Positions 21,173 to 30,263 of a stretch of 64,000 bases of DNA are shown here, in pieces. A program made the position numbers and the translations under genes. Under the pieces are notes generated by a model that had not been told where the DNA came from, ran no database searches, and worked only from the letters and a program-made list of their open reading frames with translations. The DNA is taken from NCBI GenBank assembly GCA_944349595.1, contig CALVNF010000006.1:1650-65649 (forward strand), read 5' to 3'. The first letter of the stretch is position 1; the number at the start of each line of letters is the position of its first letter. The stretch comes from an uncultured Bacilli bacterium. Lineage in GTDB: Bacteria > Bacillota_I > Bacilli_A > RFN20 > CAG-826.

Positions 21173-22546
21173 ATGAAAAAAAGTTTATTAGCATTAAGTC
21201 TATTAGCTTTTGTCGGATTAGGATTAGCTTCTTGTTCACCAAGTGATTCCACAGCAACTAGTATTAGTGCTCCTCAAGGTGAAAAAGGTGAGACAGGTCA
21301 AAAAGGTCCAACAGGCGACAAAGGTCCAACAGGCGACAAAGGTCCATCAGGAAGCCAAGGATTAGATGGACAAGATGGTAGCAAAGGTCCAACAGGCGAC
21401 AAAGGTCCAACAGGTGAAACTGGTGACAAAGGTCCAGATGGTTCAGATGGTGCTGATGGAGAAAAAACATATTCAACAACAGTATTAGGAAACGAACATG
21501 GTTGGATTGATGTTAGTGTTGCAAGTGCAACAGTCGGAACTGATGTAACTTATACTGTTCATGATTATGATGCAACTGACGCATGGCAATTTAAATCATT
21601 AACATTAAATGAATCAACATTTACATTTGATGACATGGAAAAAGCAGAAGATGGAACATACAAGACAACTGTTAAAATGGTTGAAGGTGGTTATCTTGCT
21701 TCTTGCGAATTCGTAGAAGTTGATACAACTGCTCAAGAAGTTCTTGAAGCTTTAAGTTCATTAAAAGATGGTGAAAACGTCATTAATTTAAAGAGTGATT
21801 TAGTACTTGGAAAACCAGAATCTGGAACAACTGTATTAAATATTACTACAACTGAAAGTCAATCACTTGTCTTTGATGGAAATGGCGCAACTATTAAAGT
21901 TGATGAATCTACAGATGCAAGTGCTGGCTATAAATACATTGACTTAACCAATGCAAAAGGTGATGTTACAATTAGAAATATTAACTTTGTAAAAGATACT
22001 CAAGGTTCAGGTTATGATGATTATGGTATCTATATGGGCGCTAACACAACCGGTGATATCATCATTGAAAATTGTACATTTGAATCTAAAGGTCAAACAG
22101 GCAAATATTTAACAGCTAATATTTGGTTAGATGGTGGCAACACAAATAACATCATTATTAGAAATAACGTATTTAAAAATAGAGTTATTAATATGCATGG
22201 TGGAACAGGCACAGTTAATAACGTAACTATTGAAAATAACGACTTTACTGGTGTTTCATTACTTGGTTATAACTCAATTACAGTTTCTAATTACTTACAC
22301 AATACTAAAATTGTAAACAACACTTATTCAAGTGACACATCTGCATATGATGATGGTTGCTTCATTTTATTCCATAAAGATTTTGCGCTCGTTGCAGATG
22401 AAAAAGAATCATTCAAAGATACATTAGTCTCTGGTAATGTTGGAAATCCTGAAGCATTATACGTTGTCCAAAATAACCCAGAATCAGTATTCGACGATGC
22501 ATTAAATTACAAAATCTTAATTAAAGATGGCATCGTAATTGAATAA
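21173..22546 (+). CDS. Collagen-like surface lipoprotein, paralog 2
   Basis: Lipobox GLAS-C, 21 Gly-X-Y triplets, an Ig/B-repeat-like module, and a right-handed beta-helix-like C-terminus (IIIENCTF, IIIRNNVF, VTIENNDF). Confidence 0.82.
   Translation: MKKSLLALSLLAFVGLGLASCSPSDSTATSISAPQGEKGETGQKGPTGDKGPTGDKGPSGSQGLDGQDGSKGPTGDKGPTGETGDKGPDGSDGADGEKTYSTTVLGNEHGWIDVSVASATVGTDVTYTVHDYDATDAWQFKSLTLNESTFTFDDMEKAEDGTYKTTVKMVEGGYLASCEFVEVDTTAQEVLEALSSLKDGENVINLKSDLVLGKPESGTTVLNITTTESQSLVFDGNGATIKVDESTDASAGYKYIDLTNAKGDVTIRNINFVKDTQGSGYDDYGIYMGANTTGDIIIENCTFESKGQTGKYLTANIWLDGGNTNNIIIRNNVFKNRVINMHGGTGTVNNVTIENNDFTGVSLLGYNSITVSNYLHNTKIVNNTYSSDTSAYDDGCFILFHKDFALVADEKESFKDTLVSGNVGNPEALYVVQNNPESVFDDALNYKILIKDGIVIE
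21278..21466 (+). repeat. Collagen-like (Gly-X-Y)21 coding repeat
   Basis: GEK GET GQK GPT GDK ... GAD GEK. Contains repeated AAAGGTCCAACAGGCGAC 18-mers. Confidence 0.9.
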
Positions 22547-22632
22547 AATAAATAAAATAAAAAATTAGTTTTACGGAATTTTCTAATCAAAAAAATTCTA
22601 CCTAACACATACAAAAATACACGCATACAAAC

Positions 22633-22667
22633 AAAAAATGTACAGGAGAAATCCTGTACATTTTTTT
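22633..22667. terminator. Bidirectional terminator between convergent genes
   Basis: AAAAAATGTACAGGA-GAAA-TCCTGTACATTTTTTT. Confidence 0.9.
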
Positions 22668-22681
22668 AGTTATAGGTATTT

Positions 22682-24604
22682 TTATTTATTATTTTTAATA
22701 AGTCTAATAGTTAGTGCAAATAATAGAGATAAAATTAAAATACCAACATCTCCAAATATTGCAAGCCATAAGCTGACATCACTTACAATTGCTAATATCA
22801 TAATAATTACTTTTACTAAAATACTAACAATAATATTAGTTAATACGACAAAATAATTGTATTTTGCAACCTTTTTTAAGAATGATATCTTAGATATTTT
22901 ATCATCTGTAATTGATATATCACTAGATTCTATTGCAATATCACTTCCAATACTTCCCATAGATATTCCAACACTAGCTAGTGATAAACTTGGAGCATCA
23001 TTAATTCCATCTCCAACATAAGTTACATATTTATCATTATTTTTAATTTCTTTTAGTTTATTAACTTTTTCTTCTGGTAATAATTCATAATAATAATTGT
23101 TAATATTTAAATCATGAGCTAAATTACTAACAGCATATTTATTATCGCCAGATAAAATGTATGTATTTTTATATCCAGATTTATATAAATTATTAATATC
23201 TTCTTTAATATTATCTTTATATTGATCTTTTAATGATAAATAACCAATTAAATTATGATTTTTAAATACAAATACATAAGTTGAATCAAGATTTAATTTT
23301 AAATTATTAAGTTGAGTATTATCTAGTAATTTTTTACTACCAATCTCATATAAATTATTATTTTCATCACTAGCTTCAATTTTAATACCTGCAATTTCTT
23401 TTATATTTAATTTAAGTTCTTTAATGTTTTTATTTTTAGAATAATTTTTAATTGCTTTTGCAATTGGATGATTACTATTTAATTCTAATGAATAAATAAT
23501 ATTATTAAATTCATCAATATCATTAAAATTATTAACTAATTTAACATCATTTACATATAATTCACCTTTAGTTAATGTCCCGGTTTTATCAAAAACAATA
23601 GACTTTGATTTTCTAATTATATCTAAATAATTACCGCCTTTAATTAAAATTCCATTTTTAGAACATTTAGCAATACTTAACATATAAGCTAAAGGAATTG
23701 AAATTACCATTGAACATGGACAAGAAACAACTAATAATTCACAACCTTTATAAAACCAATTACTCCAATCATTTGGATTTAAACTAGATCCAATAACAAT
23801 TAATAATATTGCACCAAATATAACAATAGGGGTATAAAATTTTGCAAAAGTATGAATAAATTTTTCAGTTTTTGCCTTATTAGCGGTAGATTCTTTTATT
23901 AAGTTAATAATTCTAGTGATTGTTGAGTCTTTATTTTCTTTAATTACTTTTCCTTTAATAGTATTAGTTAGGTTAATACTACCAGAATATATTTCATCAA
24001 ATTTATTTTTTTCAACTGGCACAGATTCTCCAGTCAAGTTTTTTTGATCAATTGAAGCAACATCCGATAATAAAGTTATATCAAGAGGTATATTTTCTCC
24101 AGCAAATACGTATATTTCTTGATTTACTTTAACTTTATTTATATCTATTAATTTATATTCATTATTTTCTTTTATTCTAGCATTATATGATTTTAATTTA
24201 ACTAAACTTGATATATCTTTTTTACTTTTATTTATTGCATAATCTTCAAATTCTTCACCTAGTTTATATAATAAAATAACTGCTAGACCCTCGGCATATT
24301 CTCCAATAATAAATGCTCCAATTGAAGCAATTACCATTAGGGTATTTTCATTAAATATATCTTTATTTATTATTCTTTTAATTCCTTGGTAAATAATATC
24401 ATAAGATAATAATAAATAAACAATAATACATATTGGTAAAATTACTGCATATTTATAATTGATATTGGAACCATCAATTATTCCATTTTCAAATAATTCG
24501 CAAGTATATGGAATAAAAGATAATATTATATAAACAATAATAAATACTGCTGAAAATATCATTACAGAATATTTAAAAAATTTTTTATTAAATTTAAATT
24601 TCAT
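22682..24604 (-). CDS. cadA: P1B-type heavy-metal (Cd/Zn) exporting ATPase
   Basis: LTGES, SCPC, DKTGT, SNHPIA, GDGINDAP, and FGDVG in the last TM. Confidence 0.93.
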   Translation of the reverse strand: MKFKFNKKFFKYSVMIFSAVFIIVYIILSFIPYTCELFENGIIDGSNINYKYAVILPICIIVYLLLSYDIIYQGIKRIINKDIFNENTLMVIASIGAFIIGEYAEGLAVILLYKLGEEFEDYAINKSKKDISSLVKLKSYNARIKENNEYKLIDINKVKVNQEIYVFAGENIPLDITLLSDVASIDQKNLTGESVPVEKNKFDEIYSGSINLTNTIKGKVIKENKDSTITRIINLIKESTANKAKTEKFIHTFAKFYTPIVIFGAILLIVIGSSLNPNDWSNWFYKGCELLVVSCPCSMVISIPLAYMLSIAKCSKNGILIKGGNYLDIIRKSKSIVFDKTGTLTKGELYVNDVKLVNNFNDIDEFNNIIYSLELNSNHPIAKAIKNYSKNKNIKELKLNIKEIAGIKIEASDENNNLYEIGSKKLLDNTQLNNLKLNLDSTYVFVFKNHNLIGYLSLKDQYKDNIKEDINNLYKSGYKNTYILSGDNKYAVSNLAHDLNINNYYYELLPEEKVNKLKEIKNNDKYVTYVGDGINDAPSLSLASVGISMGSIGSDIAIESSDISITDDKISKISFLKKVAKYNYFVVLTNIIVSILVKVIIMILAIVSDVSLWLAIFGDVGILILSLLFALTIRLIKNNK

Positions 24605-24606
24605 AA

Positions 24607-24828
24607 TTATTGCCCTTCTATAGAAATAAGAGTTACTCCACCTTCAAATTTATCACAAACTTTTAAAATATCCTGCAAAACGTCCATATTTTCTATATCT
24701 AAGTCAATTGTATTCATAAAATAATTAATATTTACATTATTAACACCTTTAATTTTCTTTAATTTATTTTCTAAAGAAGTAGCACAATTTATACAATCAA
24801 TTCCTTCAAATAAATAATTTAATACCAT
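24607..24828 (-). CDS. Stand-alone heavy-metal-associated (HMA) domain protein
   Basis: EGIDCINCA CxxC motif, 73 aa, located between the ArsR regulator and the ATPase. Confidence 0.85.
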   Translation of the reverse strand: MVLNYLFEGIDCINCATSLENKLKKIKGVNNVNINYFMNTIDLDIENMDVLQDILKVCDKFEGGVTLISIEGQ

Positions 24829-24831
24829 ATA

Positions 24832-25161
24832 TTATTTATCCTCCTCGTTAAATAAGTGGTCATAAGCTAAGTCTAATATACTTTCAACATGTTCATCATC
24901 TAGTGTATAAAAGACTTTTACACCTATTTTTTCCCATTTGACTATTTTATTTAATTTTAATATTGTTAATTGATGAGATAAGTTTGATTTTGTGATATTT
25001 AATAAATCACATAAATCATTACCACATAATTTTTGATTTCTTAATGCATATATAATTTTTAATCTTGTCGGATCTTTAAAATTAGAAAAGAAATTCCCCA
25101 TTGCGTTCAATTTATCAAATTGGTTTAATTTTTTTCTAGTTAAATCTAATGAATTTACCAT
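24832..25161 (-). CDS. ArsR/SmtB family metalloregulator (CadC/CzrA-like)
   Basis: FKDPTRLKIIYAL, LSHQLTILK, and C-terminal DDEHV...DH (alpha5-type metal site). Confidence 0.92.
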   Translation of the reverse strand: MVNSLDLTRKKLNQFDKLNAMGNFFSNFKDPTRLKIIYALRNQKLCGNDLCDLLNITKSNLSHQLTILKLNKIVKWEKIGVKVFYTLDDEHVESILDLAYDHLFNEEDK

Positions 25162-25171
25162 ATACTACCTC

Positions 25172-25199
25172 TAATAGTTGAATAGTTGTTCAACTATTA
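25172..25199. promoter_or_regulatory. ArsR/SmtB operator
   Basis: Perfect inverted repeat TAATAGTTGAA-N6-TTCAACTATTA just upstream of the regulator. Fits the known 12-2-12 SmtB/CzrA-type box. Confidence 0.85.
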
Positions 25200-25380
25200 A
25201 TATATTAGTATATTTTAATATTTTTTCAATATTTTATTTAAAAATTTACTAATAAAACGAAAAAAGATAAATTTTTTTAAAATTTCGTTTAATCAAGAAT
25301 TAATATAAGGATAAAAGATAACAGATAAGATAACATACAAGATAATTTTTTAATTAACTTTTAAAAATATTTGTATAAAA

Positions 25381-25405
25381 AAAGATAGCAAATTTTGCTA
25401 TCTTT
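25381..25405 (-). terminator. Probable terminator of the 238-aa membrane protein gene
   Basis: AAAGATAGCAA-AT-TTGCTATCTTT, with an A run at 25375-25383. Confidence 0.65.
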
Positions 25406-25442
25406 AAAAATTTATCTTAAATAGATGTGTATTTTATCTTTT

Positions 25443-26159
25443 TTAAAGTTCCTTATTTTCTGAATCTATATTTTCTTTTGTGTCTTCTTTAACTTCTTTT
25501 GTATCAGTATTTTGATTATTTTCATTTGTATTAATGTTTTCTTTATTATTTACAAATACAAAATCAAATAAAGCATTAAATATACATAAAGTAACATCAA
25601 CAATTAATAATAAAACAATTGCAACAATAGTAAGCACAGTACTGATCATAACTAAGTAACAAATGCTTGTAATTAAAAATATTGCAGTTGAAATAATTTT
25701 AATTATATTTTTTGTTCGATCATTAACTTTTAAGATATTTGGAAATGAAGTAATAAATAATAAAATTGAGAATATCATTGTAAATACTGCGGTAACTACA
25801 ACAGAAGTTGAATTATAAAAGGTCGTAATTGCTATAAATGCTACAACAAACATTAATAAAGCCATTAAACTTTTAACTAAAATAGAAATAGCATTTTCTT
25901 TTTTTAATTCTTTTTTATTGACTAATGAAACAACATAAAAAATAGTAAAAGCTACTATCGAACAAGAAACAACTAATTCCATTATTCCAAGAAATAAAGT
26001 GAGCGTTCCATATGGTACAAAATTTTCTCTTAAAAATTTAATACCATTAATTAGATTAGCAAAGCCATCAATAAGTAGTAATATTGAAGCAATACTTGCA
26101 AATGAGACATAAACAATATCTAATATTGTTTTTGTCAATTTAATTTCATTTTCTTTCAT
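25443..26159 (-). CDS. Hypothetical multi-pass membrane protein
   Basis: About 6-7 hydrophobic segments and an acidic tail. AAGGAG SD. Confidence 0.7.
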   Translation of the reverse strand: MKENEIKLTKTILDIVYVSFASIASILLLIDGFANLINGIKFLRENFVPYGTLTLFLGIMELVVSCSIVAFTIFYVVSLVNKKELKKENAISILVKSLMALLMFVVAFIAITTFYNSTSVVVTAVFTMIFSILLFITSFPNILKVNDRTKNIIKIISTAIFLITSICYLVMISTVLTIVAIVLLLIVDVTLCIFNALFDFVFVNNKENINTNENNQNTDTKEVKEDTKENIDSENKEL

Positions 26160-26218
26160 AAATAAAATAATCTCCTTGATTGATAATATTATATCATTAT
26201 TAAAAATTAATGATTAAT

Positions 26219-26956
26219 TTAATTAAGTTTTGAAAAGACTTTCCCAACCTTATCTTTAATAAATAGTTTTACTTTTTTATTACTTATATTTAATTCATCA
26301 TTATTAATAACTACAATATTATCTCCAAAAAAGTAATTAATTAACCCATTTGCCGGGTATACACTTAAAGAAGTACCAGCAATTATTAATAAATCTGCTT
26401 CTTGTAAGGCAATAATTGCTTTTGTTAATACCATTTCATTAAGTGACTCTTCATATAAAACAACATCTGGTTTAATAATTCCATTACATACATTGCATCT
26501 AGGAATCCCATTAGAATTTAAAATATAATCTAAATCAAAAAATCTACCACAGTTTTGACAGTAATTTCTATAAATTGATCCATGTAATTCAATTACATTT
26601 TTACTACCAGCTAATTGATGTAAACCATCAATATTTTGAGTAATTATTTTAATATTTTTACCTTCTTTTTCTTTTTTTGCTAAATATAAGTGAGCATTAT
26701 TTGGTTTAGCGTCTTTTTTAATCATAAAGGATTTATAAAATTCATAAAAAGTTTCAGTATTATTTTTAAAATAATGATGAGACAACATCTCTTCATATGG
26801 TTTATCATAAATTGATTTTAATTTATATAAACCATCTTTACTTCTAAAATCTGGAATTCCACTTTCAGTTGATACACCAGCTCCACCAAAGAATACTATT
26901 TTATTAGCGTTATTTATTAAATCTTGTAATTCTTGTATTTTTGTATCTTGTATCAT
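26219..26956 (-). CDS. cobB: NAD-dependent protein deacylase (Sir2 family)
   Basis: GGAGVSTESGIPDFRS, ITQNIDGLH, ELHGS, CxxC...CxxC, KPDVVLY, GTSLSVYPA. Confidence 0.95.
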   Translation of the reverse strand: MIQDTKIQELQDLINNANKIVFFGGAGVSTESGIPDFRSKDGLYKLKSIYDKPYEEMLSHHYFKNNTETFYEFYKSFMIKKDAKPNNAHLYLAKKEKEGKNIKIITQNIDGLHQLAGSKNVIELHGSIYRNYCQNCGRFFDLDYILNSNGIPRCNVCNGIIKPDVVLYEESLNEMVLTKAIIALQEADLLIIAGTSLSVYPANGLINYFFGDNIVVINNDELNISNKKVKLFIKDKVGKVFSKLN

Positions 26957-27035
26957 ATTTTTATTTTAAATTTATATATAAATTTTGTAAATATAAATAA
27001 AACATATTAATAACTTGGTTTATAATATTCTTTAT

Positions 27036-27590
27036 ATGAAAACAATAATTATTTATCACTCTGAATGTGGTCATACAAAAAGATATGCTGAAGATTTAAA
27101 AATTAGAATTGCCGCCGATGAATTAATAGAAGTTAAAAAAATGTCATTTAAGAAATTAAAACAATATGACACTATTTTTTATGGTGGAAACATAAAAAAT
27201 AATGAAATCGTTGGATTAAAAAAATTAATGAAATATTATGATAAATTAACTAATAAAAACATATTTATCTTTGGAGTTGGAATGACTGCTCAAAATAATG
27301 ATCCATATGTTAGAAATCTAGTTATTACAACCAATGATTTAGATGATAAACATGTAAGATTATATTTATTACCTGGTGGAATTAATATTAATTTATTTTC
27401 TCCACTAAAAAGATTTATGTTTAAAACTGCTTTAAAAGTTGCCAAAAAGAATGATAAAGATTTAGGTGGGAATTCTAGTCAACAAGATATGGCTTTTAAT
27501 ATGTTATTAAAAGATGGAATTGACCTAGTTAATATTAATAACTTAGATAAAATGGTTAGTGTTTATAATAAGGTAAAAGATAATGGATAA
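27036..27590 (+). CDS. Flavodoxin-like protein (HemG/Flavodoxin_5-type)
   Basis: IIYHSECGHTKRYA, YDTIFYGG, IFIFGVG, YLLPGG. ATG 27036 preferred over TTG 27015. Confidence 0.8.
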   Translation: MKTIIIYHSECGHTKRYAEDLKIRIAADELIEVKKMSFKKLKQYDTIFYGGNIKNNEIVGLKKLMKYYDKLTNKNIFIFGVGMTAQNNDPYVRNLVITTNDLDDKHVRLYLLPGGININLFSPLKRFMFKTALKVAKKNDKDLGGNSSQQDMAFNMLLKDGIDLVNINNLDKMVSVYNKVKDNG

Positions 27591-28050
27591 TATTAAAATA
27601 ATATCAACTAATAGAAGAGCAAATCATGATTATTTTTTATCTGATTTTTTAGAAGCCGGAATTGGTTTAAAAGGTACTGAAATAAAATCATTAAGACATA
27701 ATAATGTTAGTATTAAAGAAGCATATGTCTTTTTAAAAAATAATGAAGCTTATATCATCAATATGAATATTCCAATTTATGAAAAAGGAACAATTTTTAA
27801 TCACGAACCAAAAAGAGATCGAAAACTATTGCTACATAAATCAGAAATTTATCGATTACAAAGTAAAATTAAAGAAAAAGGTTATACAATAATTCCAACT
27901 AAAGTATATTTAAAAAAAGGCAAAGCCAAAGTTGAAATAGCACTAGCTAAAGGTAAAAAGTTATACGATAAACGAGAAACAATTAAAAAGAATGAATCAA
28001 AAAGAGAAATAGATAAATTAATGAAGGAAAAAAATAATGAAAAACGATAA
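27583..28050 (+). CDS. smpB: SsrA-binding protein
   Basis: NRRANHDY, EAGIGLKGTEIKSLR, NHEPKRDRKLLLHK, KGKKLYDKRETIK. Confidence 0.98.
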   Translation: MDNIKIISTNRRANHDYFLSDFLEAGIGLKGTEIKSLRHNNVSIKEAYVFLKNNEAYIINMNIPIYEKGTIFNHEPKRDRKLLLHKSEIYRLQSKIKEKGYTIIPTKVYLKKGKAKVEIALAKGKKLYDKRETIKKNESKREIDKLMKEKNNEKR

Positions 28051-29266
28051 AAACTTATTAGAATTCTTAAATAATAACTTAAATTATGAATACGATAATT
28101 ATAACTTTTTATCATTTTTAGATAAGATTAATTTTACACTAGATATTCCTTTTATTCATGTAACTGGAACTAATGGAAAAACAACCCTATCTAAATTACT
28201 ATATTATGTTTATTTAGAAAATAATTATAAAGTTGGATTATTTTCTTTTAATGAATTTAATTTAATTAACTCAATAAATATAAATGGGAAAACAAAAAAT
28301 ATTGAAGAATTGCAAGGAATTTATGATGAATATTATAAATTAATTAATAAATATAACTTAAATTCCTATGAAGTTTTATTTTTTATTTCATTAGTATTAT
28401 TTAAAAAAGAGAAGTTAGATTTAGTAATTATTGATACATATATGGGTGGAGAATATGATTTTACAAACATTGATGAATCTCCAATTCTTGCAATAATTAA
28501 TAATGTAGAATTAGAACATAGCGATATCTTAGGAAGATCAAAATCAGAAATTGCTTATACAAAAGGTGGAATTATAAAACCAGATTCACAAGTTTTAATT
28601 AACATACTAGATGAAGATTGTGAATTTGCAATTAAAGAAATTGCTAAAAAATATAAAATAAATGTTCATAAAGTTAATGAATATTATAACTATGATGTTA
28701 AAGATGAAAAATTACATGTCTCATATTTTCCTTTTAAAGAATTAGTATTTAATAATGCTGGTTTATATAATAGATATAATATTGCGTGTTTATTAGAAGC
28801 ATTATTAATATTAAAAGATAAATATAATTACAATGAAGATTTAATTCAAAAAGGAATTAATCGTTTTAATGAAATTGGCTATTATAATATTTTTAATATT
28901 AATAATAAAAAAATAATCCTAGATAATGCTCATAATCCGGCAAGTTTAGAAGTACTTGGAAAAACACTAGCTTATACAATAAATGTAGATATTAAAGCAA
29001 TAGTAGCAGTTGACAATTCTAAAAATATTGAAAAAATGCTTGGAATTATTCAAAAAAGAGTATCTAAATTATACTTAACTACATATGATGATATAAATGC
29101 TCGAGATAGAGATGGATTTATATTATTTTTAGATGATTATGAATATTTTGATAGTTATGAAGAAATATATGATAAATTAATGAATGATGAAGAAACTAGG
29201 TATATAATATTCACTGGTAGTGAAAAATTTATTTACCAAGTTTATAACAAACTATTTAAAAAATGA
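28037..29266 (+). CDS. folC: Folylpolyglutamate synthase (divergent FolC/Mur-ligase family)
   Basis: IHVTGTNGKT, MGGEYDFTNI, LEHSDILG...IAYTKGGI, ILDNAHNP, TGS. Adjacent to folT. Confidence 0.8.
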   Translation: MKNDKNLLEFLNNNLNYEYDNYNFLSFLDKINFTLDIPFIHVTGTNGKTTLSKLLYYVYLENNYKVGLFSFNEFNLINSININGKTKNIEELQGIYDEYYKLINKYNLNSYEVLFFISLVLFKKEKLDLVIIDTYMGGEYDFTNIDESPILAIINNVELEHSDILGRSKSEIAYTKGGIIKPDSQVLINILDEDCEFAIKEIAKKYKINVHKVNEYYNYDVKDEKLHVSYFPFKELVFNNAGLYNRYNIACLLEALLILKDKYNYNEDLIQKGINRFNEIGYYNIFNINNKKIILDNAHNPASLEVLGKTLAYTINVDIKAIVAVDNSKNIEKMLGIIQKRVSKLYLTTYDDINARDRDGFILFLDDYEYFDSYEEIYDKLMNDEETRYIIFTGSEKFIYQVYNKLFKK

Positions 29267-30132
29267 TTGAAAAATTTGAACTAACAAAAATCCAAAAATT
29301 AACAATAAGCGCCTTTTTTATTGCTCTTGTAATAATATTTTCAAAGCTATTATCTATTGGAAATATACCTGGAGTTCCATTTTTAAGAGTATCTCTTGGA
29401 CCAACATTATTAATTTTTGCAAGTTTATTATTAGGTCCAATTTATGGAGGAGCAATTGGGTTTTTATCTGATATAATTGGATATTTTACACTTGATAGAA
29501 CTGGATATGCTTATAATCCATTATTTTCAATAACTTATATTTTATATGGAATATTACCAGCAATTCTTGTATATATTTTAAAATATAATAAAAAATTTAA
29601 ACTACCAATTATTCAAGTAATTATATTTGCTATTTTAGATATTTTTATCTTATATTTTATATTAACAACTAGTGAATTTAAGTTATATGGTAAAACTTAT
29701 AATGTAGATCTAGTTATGAAAATAGTTGTGATTTGCGTTACTTTTTTATTTACAATATTATATTTTTTAATATATTTCTTCTTATACAAAAAATTTAAAA
29801 CTAATAAAGAAAACCTAGTTCTATTAAATAACATATCAATAATTAACTTCATTGTTTTATTTATAGTCCAATTAGTTATTGGAATTTTAATAAAATTATT
29901 CACCTATGATGTTGATGTTTTAGTATTACTAGCAACTCAAATAATTGCTACAATTGTTGAGATTTTTATTTCAAATTATATTGTTATCTTATTATATAAT
30001 GCATCTTTAAAAATATTTAAAACTACTACAAATATCAAACTAAAAAAATCTCAACAATTAAAACAAGAAAAAATTGATAAACTAAAATCAATAATAAAAG
30101 AAGAATTAAATGACTATAAAATAAATAAGTGA
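29263..30132 (+). CDS. folT: Folate ECF transporter S component
   Basis: ISAFFIALVIIFSK, GPIYGGAIGFLSDIIG, YNPLFSITY..YGILP. Longer than typical FolT. Coupled to folC. Confidence 0.75.
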   Translation: MIEKFELTKIQKLTISAFFIALVIIFSKLLSIGNIPGVPFLRVSLGPTLLIFASLLLGPIYGGAIGFLSDIIGYFTLDRTGYAYNPLFSITYILYGILPAILVYILKYNKKFKLPIIQVIIFAILDIFILYFILTTSEFKLYGKTYNVDLVMKIVVICVTFLFTILYFLIYFFLYKKFKTNKENLVLLNNISIINFIVLFIVQLVIGILIKLFTYDVDVLVLLATQIIATIVEIFISNYIVILLYNASLKIFKTTTNIKLKKSQQLKQEKIDKLKSIIKEELNDYKINK

Positions 30133-30263
30133 TTAATATTATATCACTAAAATTTAGTAATTAATATCTTTTATTGTTGTTTTAAAAATAAAGTATTTAT
30201 TGATTTAAAATTATATTTTAAAACTTTAAAATATTAATAAAGGAAAAACGGAGGAGTTTTATA

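Noticed and set aside
22590-22635. CA-rich stretch (ACACATACAAAAATACACGCATACAAAC) before the bidirectional terminator
   Set aside because: It is short, has no partner copy or structure, and I cannot infer a function.
26219-26956. Sir2 protein as an anti-phage NADase (Thoeris/DSR type)
   Set aside because: It is a stand-alone 245-aa protein with the Zn-binding Cys pairs and all housekeeping deacylase motifs, and it has no defence partner genes nearby.
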